Source: Chitinophagales bacterium (GTDB lineage: Bacteria > Bacteroidota > Bacteroidia > Chitinophagales > JADJOU01). From it: a DNA stretch of 64,000 bases. The notes under the pieces are model-generated. The model saw only the letters and a list, made by a program, of their open reading frames with translations, was not told the DNA's origin and did not search any database. Below, piece by piece: positions 51,305 to 60,743 of the stretch (the first letter of the stretch is position 1; every line of letters starts with the position of its first letter). Made by a program: the position numbers and the translations under genes. Location of the stretch: contig JBIPPB010000003.1 of NCBI GenBank assembly GCA_044368655.1, positions 2,067 through 66,066 on the forward strand. Direction: 5' to 3'.

Positions 51305-51613
51305 TTGTTAGAAATCATTTATAGTGTTACGGTAAAACCCAATCAAAATATCGAAAAAGATTTTTTGGATTGGTTGAAAAATGAGCATATTCAGGATGTC
51401 GTTGATACTAAATGTTTTGATTCTTCTAGGTTTTATAAACTTTTGGATCAAAATGAACAAGACGGAAGTTCATATAACATTCAATATGTTACGACGAGTA
51501 TGGAGCGCTATTTTGATTATATTCATAATTTTTCAAATGAAATGCGTCAGAAAGGTTTAGAAAAATTTGGAGATCAATTTGTAGCATTTCGTACGGTTTT
51601 AAAATCGGTATAA
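51305..51613 (+). CDS. DUF4286 family protein
   Basis: IIY.VT, W....HI.DV, Y.IQY, KFGDQFVAFRT.L. Confidence 0.8.
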   Translation: MLEIIYSVTVKPNQNIEKDFLDWLKNEHIQDVVDTKCFDSSRFYKLLDQNEQDGSSYNIQYVTTSMERYFDYIHNFSNEMRQKGLEKFGDQFVAFRTVLKSV

Positions 51614-51659
51614 ATAAATCATAGAACTGTAAACTTCGTTTACAGTAAATAATAACCTT

Positions 51660-51747
51660 GGAAAGTTGCAGGAGTGGTTGAACTGGCTCGCCTGGAAAGC
51701 GTGTAAACCTCAAAAGGGTTTCAAGGGTTCGAATCCCTTACTTTCCG
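51660..51747 (+). tRNA. tRNA-Ser(GGA)
   Basis: GGAAAGT...CTCGC CT GGA AA GCGTG, long variable arm, GGTTCGAATCC, ACTTTCC G. Confidence 0.93.
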
Positions 51748-51749
51748 CT

Positions 51750-52136
51750 TTATTTTATAAACATTTTGATCATGGGCATTAGATGCTGATAGTCTAATTG
51801 GGCAAGAACCCCTTCCAGATCATTTGTTAAGTTTTGTTCTTTTCTTTCTTTTTCGAGCATTATATGCATTTTTTGAACAAACTCTTGATTTGCTTTAATA
51901 TATTCTTTTAAGGCATTTTCAAGACTCAAAAAAACTTCATGTTTCATATCAAATGGTTGCGTGAGAAATAATGCAAATGTATCTAATTTCCCCTTAAAAA
52001 AATAACTTTTAGCGATTTCTTTAATGGATTTTACACACAAGTTTAAATGGTCTGAATTTTGATATTCATGGATTTCATATAAAGCTAATTCTATATTTTT
52101 ATCCAATCGTTTCATCAATATTAATTTATTATTCAA
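51750..52136 (-). CDS. Hypothetical protein
   Basis: 128-aa ORF overlapping the upstream stop; no recognised motif. Confidence 0.6.
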   Translation of the reverse strand: MNNKLILMKRLDKNIELALYEIHEYQNSDHLNLCVKSIKEIAKSYFFKGKLDTFALFLTQPFDMKHEVFLSLENALKEYIKANQEFVQKMHIMLEKERKEQNLTNDLEGVLAQLDYQHLMPMIKMFIK

Positions 52137-52611
52137 TAGTCGTTTTTAGCGTGTAAGGAACTACGAAACTTGAATCCGTTATTGAACTTAAAGGTTTGAT
52201 TTCAACTTTGTAAGTTGTTGATTTTTTAGGTTTTTCGGAAAATGAAGGTGCGCTTGAAATTAAAATAAAATCTTGAAAATCCATAGTTTTATTAACATCT
52301 ACAAATTTGGTTACTTTAGTTTTTCTATAGGTATTCATTTCAAAGCCATCGTTTGGTAGCTCCAATAAAACGGTGAACAATTTCCCGCTATCACAAGTGA
52401 ATTCGATATTTTTTACATTACCAAAACTAAGCGTTCCTTTGTAAATTTTTTCGTTTGGATTAGAGGCTTGCATGAGCGCTTCTACTTCTTCCACACTTAA
52501 TGAAGGAGCGGTTTCTACACTGTTTTCTAGAGGTGTTTCGGTAGTCTTTTCCTCTGAATTACAACCCATTAAAACAAAAAAAACAAGAATAGTTAAAAGT
52601 TGATTTTTCAT
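52129..52611 (-). CDS. Hypothetical lipoprotein
   Basis: Lipobox LMGC followed by an acidic linker. Confidence 0.7.
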   Translation of the reverse strand: MKNQLLTILVFFVLMGCNSEEKTTETPLENSVETAPSLSVEEVEALMQASNPNEKIYKGTLSFGNVKNIEFTCDSGKLFTVLLELPNDGFEMNTYRKTKVTKFVDVNKTMDFQDFILISSAPSFSEKPKKSTTYKVEIKPLSSITDSSFVVPYTLKTTIE

Positions 52612-52648
52612 GAGATTTGTTTTAAATTGAATTGTGAAATATTAAAAA

Positions 52649-53185
52649 TTAGGAAACTAAAGTATATATTTCTTTTAAGTTGCGCCCATATCCATCATAA
52701 TCTAAGCCATAACCTACTATAAATTGCTCTGGAATTTCAAAGCCAATGTAATCAACATTGTATGAGTATTTAAATGATGCAGGTTTATATAATAAGGATG
52801 CAATTTTAACAGAAGCAGGCTTATATTTTTCTAAAATTTCTAAAAGTTGCTCAAGTGTTTTACCTGTATCTACGATGTCTTCAAGAATAACGATATGTTG
52901 ATCTTTTAAATCCATTTGAAGCCCGATTTGCTCTATCACTTTACCTGTAGAAGCAGTACCTTCATAAGATTTAAGTTTGATAAATTCCACTTGACAAGGC
53001 GCATTGAAATTCTTAATAAAATCAGCAACAAAGATAAATGAGCCATTTAAAACGGCCAAAAAAATCGGATTTTTAGTTTTATAATCTTTCTCAACCATTT
53101 TGGACATGTCAAAAACGCGGCTAATAATTTCTTTATCTGAAATAAAAGGTTTGAAAGTTTTGTCTAAAATTTTAATTTGATTCAT
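52649..53185 (-). CDS. hpt: Hypoxanthine phosphoribosyltransferase
   Basis: VLNGSFIF, ILEDIVDTGKT, FIVGYGLDY..GRNL. Confidence 0.96.
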   Translation of the reverse strand: MNQIKILDKTFKPFISDKEIISRVFDMSKMVEKDYKTKNPIFLAVLNGSFIFVADFIKNFNAPCQVEFIKLKSYEGTASTGKVIEQIGLQMDLKDQHIVILEDIVDTGKTLEQLLEILEKYKPASVKIASLLYKPASFKYSYNVDYIGFEIPEQFIVGYGLDYDGYGRNLKEIYTLVS

Positions 53186-53201
53186 AATTAAACGTATATA
53201 A

Positions 53202-53582
53202 CTAACTAATTGGATTTAAGGATATCGAATAAATTTTATAACTATTTAAATCTCTTTCGTAATAAAACTTATCTAAAACACCGTAGATGTTTTTTGATCT
53301 AAAATAAGAGGTGTTTAAGGTTTTATCTCCTATTTTTAACCATTGAATGGTATAGCTATCTTCAGTTTGGTGATATTTTAAAATGTAGTCAAGCATTTTT
53401 TCTAAAGCTTCATTTTTATCAATAGCTTTAACGGAATGAAAAAGAAAAGATTGTTTGTGATTTGGATTTATGGTAATTAAATCTAAACATACAATAGACT
53501 CATTTTGCTTATAATTAAAGATAAGCTGATTCACGGGTAGTTCTAAAATCTGTGAAATTTTCTTTTCGATTTCCTGTTCCAT
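53202..53582 (-). CDS. Conserved hypothetical protein
   Basis: ORF within the clpP-hpt operon; no function recognised. Confidence 0.7.
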   Translation of the reverse strand: MEQEIEKKISQILELPVNQLIFNYKQNESIVCLDLITINPNHKQSFLFHSVKAIDKNEALEKMLDYILKYHQTEDSYTIQWLKIGDKTLNTSYFRSKNIYGVLDKFYYERDLNSYKIYSISLNPIS

Positions 53583-53587
53583 GCCAT

Positions 53588-54208
53588 TTACATTTTTGTA
53601 ATAATCTCGTCAACAATTCCGTATTCAATGGCTTCTTGAGCGTCTAGCCAATAATCTCTATCAAAATCCTTTAGAATTTTTTCAACAGGTTGTCCGCAGT
53701 TTTCAGCTAAAATATCCGCCAATAATTTACGCGTTTTTACGATTTGTTTCGCGGTAATTTCAAGTTCAATAGCTTGTCCTTGAACACCTCCAATTGACGG
53801 CTGATGAATCATGACTCTGCCATTTTTAAAAATTTTACGCTTTCCTTTTACTCCTTGACTCAAAATCATACTACCCATACTCGCAGCCAAACCCATGCAA
53901 ATGGTATTAACAGGAGATTGAATCATATTCATAACATCAAGTAATGCTAAACCAGCCGTAACACTTCCACCTGGACTACTTATATATAAATCAATTTCTT
54001 TTCCAGGCTCGTGTGCGTCCAAAAATAAAACTTTGGAAATGATTTTTTCCATACTTTTATCATCCACAACGCCCCAAAAATAGACACGACGCTGTTGAAG
54101 ATAAATCTCTTCCATTCTTTTATTTAATATACCATGCCCTTCTTTTTCTTCCTTCTCTTCTTTTTCTTCCTCTTCCTCGTTTTTATTTAAATATTCTAAC
54201 ATCTGCAT
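53588..54208 (-). CDS. clpP: ATP-dependent Clp protease proteolytic subunit
   Basis: YISSPGGSV, GLAASMG, MIHQP, DRDYWL..EA.EYG..D. Confidence 0.96.
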   Translation of the reverse strand: MQMLEYLNKNEEEEEKEEKEEKEGHGILNKRMEEIYLQQRRVYFWGVVDDKSMEKIISKVLFLDAHEPGKEIDLYISSPGGSVTAGLALLDVMNMIQSPVNTICMGLAASMGSMILSQGVKGKRKIFKNGRVMIHQPSIGGVQGQAIELEITAKQIVKTRKLLADILAENCGQPVEKILKDFDRDYWLDAQEAIEYGIVDEIITKM

Positions 54209-54346
54209 ATTTTTTAATATTAATTGGCAAATTTACATATTTAATTATTTATGATAGGTCAAAAAATCCTAAAAAAAATATTAATAGCCATTATGATTTA
54301 AACTTTAGGCAAATAAATTAAATTTTTAAATTACTTTTGTATTTGT

Positions 54347-55285
54347 ATGAAGTTTGGCTTTTTTATTATTTTATTTATAGTATCATGTCAGAATCAAGAA
54401 ATGGTCAATATTTTGATTCCTGAAAATGTTGACATTTTTGATACAACGCTTTTAAAACCAATTCGAAAAGATCAAATAGAACTTGGCAAAAAACTATTTT
54501 TTGATAAAAGACTTTCGTTAGATTCGTCTATTTCTTGTGTCTCTTGCCATTTTCCCGAACTTGCATTTACCGATGGTAAACCAATTAGTGAAGGATATCA
54601 AGGTAGAAAAAGCCGGCACAATGCCTCTACACTTTTTAATATTGCTTTAAGTCCATCTTTTATGTTTGACAATAGAGCTCAAACACTTGAAACACAATCT
54701 TTAATCCCAATTCATGACCCGAATGAAATGAATTTTGACATTTATAAAATATCAAAAAGATTATCAAATGATTTGTTTTACAAAGAAATGTCTAAAAAAG
54801 CATTTAATGACAGTCTTTCGCCTTTCGTCATTACACGTTCTTTGGCCGCTTATATTCGTTCTTTAGTTGTTTTTGATCGTCCTATTGATTCTTTTTATAA
54901 AACAAAAGATAAACGTATTTTTTCAAAATCGGCTTGGTTGGGTTATCAGTTATTTATTGGTAAAGCAAATTGTGTAAAATGTCACGAAGAGCCTTTATAT
55001 ACAAATCATTTATACTATAATTTAAATTTGGAAGATTCGAATTCAACAACTTTTGGTTTATACGGTGCAACGCATGATAAAAAAGATATGTACCGTTTTA
55101 AAACACCAACATTGCGTTATATTTCAAAAACAGCGCCTTATTTTCATAACGGAAAATTTAATACACTTGAGGCAGTTTTAGATTATAAAATAGATCCAAA
55201 AAACAATACTTTCGATTATAATCCGCCTAAATTAAACGATGCTGAAAAAAAAGCGATAGTTGTGTTTTTAAAAGAAATGTTATAA
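54347..55285 (+). CDS. Di-heme cytochrome c peroxidase/MauG superfamily lipoprotein
   Basis: LGKKLFFDKRLS, CVSCH and CVKCH, FKTPTLR, TAPYFHNG; lipobox IVSC. Confidence 0.9.
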   Translation: MKFGFFIILFIVSCQNQEMVNILIPENVDIFDTTLLKPIRKDQIELGKKLFFDKRLSLDSSISCVSCHFPELAFTDGKPISEGYQGRKSRHNASTLFNIALSPSFMFDNRAQTLETQSLIPIHDPNEMNFDIYKISKRLSNDLFYKEMSKKAFNDSLSPFVITRSLAAYIRSLVVFDRPIDSFYKTKDKRIFSKSAWLGYQLFIGKANCVKCHEEPLYTNHLYYNLNLEDSNSTTFGLYGATHDKKDMYRFKTPTLRYISKTAPYFHNGKFNTLEAVLDYKIDPKNNTFDYNPPKLNDAEKKAIVVFLKEML

Positions 55286-55379
55286 TTTAATTTTATCCAA
55301 AGATTAAAAAAATATAATTATTAAACAAAAGATTTATATATCTTTGTGGTTTTATTTTCTGTTATAATAATAATTTTTT

Positions 55380-56363
55380 ATGCAATATATTCGAATTATA
55401 TTAATTGTTGCAACTTTTTATATAAATAATATTAGTTTTTCTCAGGGCACTTATAACAAAGACAAAACTGTTGAAGAGCTCGAAAAATACTTGGATAATC
55501 CAAAGGCATATTTTGATATGATTCAAAAGCTTCGTAAAGAAGCTCGAGAAGCCAGTCAAAATAATTTATCTATTGCCGAAGAGTATATAAGCCAACTAAA
55601 TGCTAAAGATAGCTTGATTGAAATGTATAAAAAGAAAGCTAAAAATACAAGAAGCGTTGCAGTGGACAAAACTACTAAGCTAACCCCCACTGCAAATGCT
55701 TCGCTTGCAAATACTGTAGTAGAGAAACCAAAAACAAATATAGAAGTAATGGCAAACCAAAAAATGCCATATCGAGTTCAGATTGCAGCATTTAATAATG
55801 ATAAACTAAAAGCGATGCTTTCTACACCAAAAGCGCTTATGGTTACAAGTTTAGCAAATCGAAATGTATTTGAAGTTGCGGGTTTTCAAACTGCAGAGGA
55901 AGCATTTGAGTTTAGTCAAGAGATTAGAAGTTCGGATTGGGCAGGTGCATTTGTTTCTAAATATGCAAACGGAGTTCGAGTAGAAGATTATGATTATTTG
56001 AGCGATAAGCCTGATGCCTATAAATATAGAACAACTAAGTTCGGACCTTTTATGAATTCTAAAAATAAAGATAAGTCTGAAGGTGTAATTTATCCGTCCT
56101 CGGAACCTAATGGATATTTAGAGTTAATGGGATTAATGCCATCTACTAATAGCCCTGCAAAATCGGATAATGTAAAAACAGAAATAACAAATAAAGAAAA
56201 TACGGTAAAAAAAGAACCTGTAAAAAAAGAAAACACCAATACAAAAGTTAAAGAAAATATTAAGAAAAATAATGAGCCATCGGCTCCGATTCGCCAAACT
56301 CCAAAATCAAATACCCGAAAAGATAAATTAGACGAAGCATTTGAGGCAATATTTGGAGGCTAA
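55380..56363 (+). CDS. Exported hypothetical protein with SPOR-like motif
   Basis: Signal peptide, coiled coil, YRVQIAAF...GF....A......AFV..Y..G.R pattern. Confidence 0.65.
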   Translation: MQYIRIILIVATFYINNISFSQGTYNKDKTVEELEKYLDNPKAYFDMIQKLRKEAREASQNNLSIAEEYISQLNAKDSLIEMYKKKAKNTRSVAVDKTTKLTPTANASLANTVVEKPKTNIEVMANQKMPYRVQIAAFNNDKLKAMLSTPKALMVTSLANRNVFEVAGFQTAEEAFEFSQEIRSSDWAGAFVSKYANGVRVEDYDYLSDKPDAYKYRTTKFGPFMNSKNKDKSEGVIYPSSEPNGYLELMGLMPSTNSPAKSDNVKTEITNKENTVKKEPVKKENTNTKVKENIKKNNEPSAPIRQTPKSNTRKDKLDEAFEAIFGG

Positions 56364-56373
56364 TTTTTAGAAA

Positions 56374-56934
56374 ATGAAATTTTTATTAGTTGGACTTGGT
56401 AATATTGGTGAGGAATATAAATATACCCGCCATAATATTGGATTTCTGGTTTTAGATCGAATGGTTAATAAATACCAAACCGAATTTAAATCGGGGAAGC
56501 TTGCGGATACGGCTACTTTTAGGATAAAAAATAAAGTGGTAACGGCGATTAAACCAACAACTTACATGAATTTAAGCGGGAAATCCTATCGATATTGGCT
56601 TGAGCAACTTGATGTTCCCGTTGAGCAGTCTATGGCTGTTGTAGATGAACTTGCGCTGCAGTTTGGTACGATTCGAATAAAAACAAAAGGTAGTAGTGGC
56701 GGACATAATGGTTTAGCAAGTATTGAACAAGAGCTGAAAACCGCAGCTTATGCTAGACTTCGTTTTGGAATAGGAAATAGTTTTTCAAAAGGAAAACAGA
56801 TTGATTATGTTCTCGGAAAATGGAGCGATGAGGAAGTAAAAGCGCTTCCTGAATTATTGGATAAAACGATTTTAGCTATTGAAGAATCCATTTTGTCAGG
56901 ATTTTCCAATGCGATGAATAAATTTAACGGTTAA
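56374..56934 (+). CDS. pth: Peptidyl-tRNA hydrolase
   Basis: VGLGN, TRHNIGF, KPTTYMNLSG, GGHNGL, RLRFGIG. Confidence 0.97.
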   Translation: MKFLLVGLGNIGEEYKYTRHNIGFLVLDRMVNKYQTEFKSGKLADTATFRIKNKVVTAIKPTTYMNLSGKSYRYWLEQLDVPVEQSMAVVDELALQFGTIRIKTKGSSGGHNGLASIEQELKTAAYARLRFGIGNSFSKGKQIDYVLGKWSDEEVKALPELLDKTILAIEESILSGFSNAMNKFNG

Positions 56935-58711
56935 TTTCTTCGTTATAAGGAAAAACCAAAATTCCGACAGGGAGATTTACTGCTTTATTTTCCAAAACGG
57001 CATTTTTGGCATCTCGAAGTTTTAATATATTGTAAATAAAACTTAGTAAAAGAATCAATTTTCCGGTAAAGCTATAATCCGCCCATATTAAGAGTAATGC
57101 AATAAGATAGCCAATTATTATAAGCGTTTGAAAATGAAAATTCTGAACAATTAAGTTGTAGCAAGCGTCATTTTTTTGAATTCTTTTTAAGAAAATAAAT
57201 GGTGCAACGATACTTGAAAAAATACTCAAAGAATACATTAACAATATCGTTTTTTTTGATTCAAATTTTAAAAATTTAGATTCAAAGGGGCTATTTACTT
57301 CTTTATTTTGAGATAGTAAAGTATTAAAATACTCCGACTTTTTTTCTTCAATTTTAGGATTATCATTTTCTTTTTCAATAATTTGAAGTAAATCCAAACC
57401 TGAAAAATTACCACTGCTCATCATCAGAAAAACCGTTTTACTTGTATCAAATGATTTTAATGTTTTAAGCAAATCATTTCTTTCATTTAAATATAAAATG
57501 TCCTTGCGATTAAATTCATTTAATATCTCTTCTGAAGTAAACACTTGATTTCCTTTTTGTTCAACGGTTACTTTATCCATATAAACAATTGGAATATCTA
57601 CTTGGCCAAAAGTGTCTTTATATTGCGGAAGAAAATCTTTATTTAAAGAACTAAACGTATGTAGTTCATAACACGCAACGATTTTATAATCCGAATAAGT
57701 ATCCGAAACTGCTTTTATTGTGGCTCTAAGTTTGCTTGGAGAATGTGCAAAGTCTCTAAAAATGACACATTCATTTGAGTCATAAATTTTTTCAAGACGT
57801 CGTCCTGCGCCACTAAAACTTTGCATGGCTTGATAAAAAAGATGTGAGTTGAGTTCTAAAGTCCTGCAAACACAATGCGCCGCTTCCATATTTTCCATGT
57901 TGTGTTTTCCAAAAAAGTCAAATTCATATTTTTTACCTTCAAAAGATATAATATATTTATGATTTTCTATCGAGAAATCCGGAGATTGATAGCTTTGTTT
58001 TTCAACATCATTACGAATTGATAAAACAGTTTCTGCAATTTGCGTGTCATTATAATAGAATAACTTCGCTTGATGGTCTAAACTGTGAACCAATTTTTTA
58101 AATTGTTCAAAATAAATAGCTTCCGTTTTAAAAACATTGATATGATCCCATTCAATACCACTTAAAATAGCAATATTTCCTTTATAATTTATAAATTTTG
58201 GTTCATTGCTCAAACAGCTTGAAAGATATTCATCGCCTTCGATAACAATAACAGGCGCATCGGATAATTTTACAGAATGTTCAAATCCTTTTACCGAGCT
58301 CCCAACCAAATAGTCAAACTCAAAGTTTAAAGATTTTAAAACATGCATAATCATGGATGTAATACTTGTTTTTCCATGACTACCCGCAACGACAATTCGT
58401 GTTTTATCCATGCTGTTTTTATAAACATACTCTGGAAAGGAATACACTTTGATGCCTAATTCCATGGCTCTTGCCAATTCGGGATTATCGAGCTTGGCAT
58501 GCATACCTAAAACAATTTCATCAATATCCGTTTGAATATGTTCGGCATGAAAACCTAATTTCGAAGGAAATAATCTATTTTTTTCTAAATTAGACTTGGA
58601 AGGTTCATTGATTACATCATCCGATCCGGTTACATGATGACCTTTATTTTTGAGTGCTATTGCCATTTGATGCATAATGGCACCACCGATGGCTATAAAA
58701 TGAATTCGCAT
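56924..58711 (-). CDS. MurC/Mpl-like ligase fused to a C-terminal membrane domain
   Basis: IHFIAIGG, GSHGKTS, EGDEY, DHIN, RDFAHSP, LMMSSGNF; then three hydrophobic helices. Confidence 0.85.
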   Translation of the reverse strand: MRIHFIAIGGAIMHQMAIALKNKGHHVTGSDDVINEPSKSNLEKNRLFPSKLGFHAEHIQTDIDEIVLGMHAKLDNPELARAMELGIKVYSFPEYVYKNSMDKTRIVVAGSHGKTSITSMIMHVLKSLNFEFDYLVGSSVKGFEHSVKLSDAPVIVIEGDEYLSSCLSNEPKFINYKGNIAILSGIEWDHINVFKTEAIYFEQFKKLVHSLDHQAKLFYYNDTQIAETVLSIRNDVEKQSYQSPDFSIENHKYIISFEGKKYEFDFFGKHNMENMEAAHCVCRTLELNSHLFYQAMQSFSGAGRRLEKIYDSNECVIFRDFAHSPSKLRATIKAVSDTYSDYKIVACYELHTFSSLNKDFLPQYKDTFGQVDIPIVYMDKVTVEQKGNQVFTSEEILNEFNRKDILYLNERNDLLKTLKSFDTSKTVFLMMSSGNFSGLDLLQIIEKENDNPKIEEKKSEYFNTLLSQNKEVNSPFESKFLKFESKKTILLMYSLSIFSSIVAPFIFLKRIQKNDACYNLIVQNFHFQTLIIIGYLIALLLIWADYSFTGKLILLLSFIYNILKLRDAKNAVLENKAVNLPVGILVFPYNEEINR

Positions 58712-58918
58712 ATGTTTAAAATGTTAATACAAAAATACAAGATTTAGATTAATTAGTAAAATACTTAAGTGGAAAATCGTTTTTATAGTCATTAAAGCCT
58801 GGTTTAAAAACAACAGCAATATAAAAATGTATCTATTTATTGACTGATTTTCAATGCATTTATGGTAATAAAAAAATATTTATTCAAAAAAAAGCATATT
58901 AAATTAAAAAAAATAGTT

Positions 58919-58926
58919 TACTTTTG
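58919..58926 (+). promoter_or_regulatory. -7 element of rplM operon
   Basis: TACTTTTG followed by CA. Confidence 0.75.
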
Positions 58927-58976
58927 CAGTCCTTTTTAAAAAATATTGAATAATTAACCTATAAAATAAATAAATC

Positions 58977-59420
58977 GTGAAGCAATTAAGTTATCGAACA
59001 CAATTTGTTAGCAAATTAGTTCACCAAAAAGAATGGTACATTGTGAATGCAGAAAATCAAACTGTAGGAAGAATTTGTACTGAAATTGCCAAAATATTAA
59101 TGGGCAAACATAAACCTTCTTTTACACCAAATGACGACGCTGGAGACTATGTAATCGTTGTTAATAGTAATAAATGTGTATTTACTGGTCGTAAATGGAA
59201 TCAAAAAATATATTTAAGACATACTGGTTATCCAGGTGGACAAAGAATGATTGCGGCTAGAGATTTAAACGTTAAGAAACCTACTTCTGTAATCGAATCA
59301 GCAGTTAAAGGAATGTTACCTAAGTCTAAATTAGGTAGAGCGATGTTTAAAAAACTATTCGTTTACGAAGGTGTAGCGCATCCGCATACGGCTCAAAAAC
59401 CAACAGAAATTAAATTTTAA
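58977..59420 (+). CDS. rplM: 50S ribosomal protein L13
   Basis: WYIVNA, GKHKP.FTP, HTGYPGG, GMLPK; GTG start. Confidence 0.98.
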   Translation: MKQLSYRTQFVSKLVHQKEWYIVNAENQTVGRICTEIAKILMGKHKPSFTPNDDAGDYVIVVNSNKCVFTGRKWNQKIYLRHTGYPGGQRMIAARDLNVKKPTSVIESAVKGMLPKSKLGRAMFKKLFVYEGVAHPHTAQKPTEIKF

Positions 59421-59441
59421 TCTCCTTAAATTATATATAAA

Positions 59442-59834
59442 ATGACTAAAACAAATCACATCGCTGTAGGTAGAAGAAAATCATCTGTAGCTAGAGTTTA
59501 TATCAAAAAAGGTAGTGGAAATATCACAATCAACGGTAAAGATTATAAAGATTACTTTACAATTAGTTTTTTACAAGACAATTTAATGAAGCCATTAAAA
59601 GTTCTAGAAATGGAAGGTCAATTAGATGTTTTTGTAAATGTTTCTGGTGGAGGTATCAAAGGTCAAACGGAAGCTATTCGTCTTGGAATCGCTAGAGCTT
59701 TAGTTGAAGAAAATCCAGATAACAAACCTGCTTTAAGAAAAGAAAGACTAATGACGCGTGATGCAAGAGTTGTAGAGCGTAAGAAAACAGGTCTTAGAAA
59801 AGCACGTAAACAAGAGCAATTCAGCAAACGTTAA
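59442..59834 (+). CDS. rpsI: 30S ribosomal protein S9
   Basis: GRRKSSVARV, GGG..GQ, RD.R.VERKK, QFSKR. Confidence 0.98.
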   Translation: MTKTNHIAVGRRKSSVARVYIKKGSGNITINGKDYKDYFTISFLQDNLMKPLKVLEMEGQLDVFVNVSGGGIKGQTEAIRLGIARALVEENPDNKPALRKERLMTRDARVVERKKTGLRKARKQEQFSKR

Positions 59835-59876
59835 TCTTTATTATTATTTATTAATCTTCTAAAAATATACATATCA

Positions 59877-60707
59877 ATGGCATCAATAGATCAAAAAGCA
59901 ATGTTAGAAGCAGGTGTTCATTTCGGTCACTTAAAGAAAAAATGGAACCCGAAAATGCTTCCTTACATATTTGCAGAAAAGAAAGGAATACATGTAATTG
60001 ACCTAAACAAAACAGCTCAAAAATTAGAGCAAGCAGGTCAAGCCATGAAACATATAGCAAAAAGTGGAAAACAAATTTTATTTGTAGCTACTAAAAAACA
60101 AGCAAAAGATATCGTTAAAAATGCGGCATTAAGTTGTGGTATGCCATTCGTAACCGACAGATGGTTGGGTGGTATGATGACTAACTTTACTACGATTCGT
60201 AAATCAGTAAAGAAAATGCAAAGCATCGATAAAATGTTCAAAGACGGTACGGTGAATAACATTACCAAAAAAGAGCGTTTAATGCTTTCGCGTCAAAAAG
60301 ATAAATTAGAAGTTGTATTAGGCGGTATTGCAAATATGATGCGTACACCTGCAGCTGTTTTCGTAGTAGATATTTTACATGAAGATATCGCGATTCTTGA
60401 AAGCAAGCGTTTAGGAATTACTACGTTTGGTTTAGTTGATACCAACTCTGATCCAAATAAAGTACATTTCCCAATCCCAGGAAACGATGATAGTTCTAAA
60501 TCTATTGAGTATATCACTAACTATTTAGTAGAATGTATCAAAGAAGGTTTAGCTGAAAAAGCAACGGCTCCTGCAGTTGAAAAAGACGGAGAGCACACGC
60601 CAGAAGTTAAACAAAGAAAAGCTAAAGTAGAAGCGCCTCAAGCAGAAACTCCAGCTACTGAATCTTCGGAAGAGGTTACTGAGGCTACGGAACCTAATCA
60701 AGACTAA
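59877..60707 (+). CDS. rpsB: 30S ribosomal protein S2
   Basis: AGVHFGH, WNPKM, RWLGGM.TN, VDTNSDP, PGNDD. Confidence 0.98.
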   Translation: MASIDQKAMLEAGVHFGHLKKKWNPKMLPYIFAEKKGIHVIDLNKTAQKLEQAGQAMKHIAKSGKQILFVATKKQAKDIVKNAALSCGMPFVTDRWLGGMMTNFTTIRKSVKKMQSIDKMFKDGTVNNITKKERLMLSRQKDKLEVVLGGIANMMRTPAAVFVVDILHEDIAILESKRLGITTFGLVDTNSDPNKVHFPIPGNDDSSKSIEYITNYLVECIKEGLAEKATAPAVEKDGEHTPEVKQRKAKVEAPQAETPATESSEEVTEATEPNQD

Positions 60708-60743
60708 TTAATTTATAAGTTAATCGAAAATAATATTAATAAA

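Noticed and set aside
51489-51713. 74-aa minus-strand ORF
   Set aside because: Antisense to DUF4286 and tRNA-Ser.
51750-52611. Genomic island integrated at tRNA-Ser
   Set aside because: No integrase and no duplicated tRNA 3' end seen; the two ORFs look like the tail of the clpP-hpt operon.
60540-60707. Acidic C-terminal tail of S2
   Set aside because: A common, variable feature of Bacteroidota RpsB.
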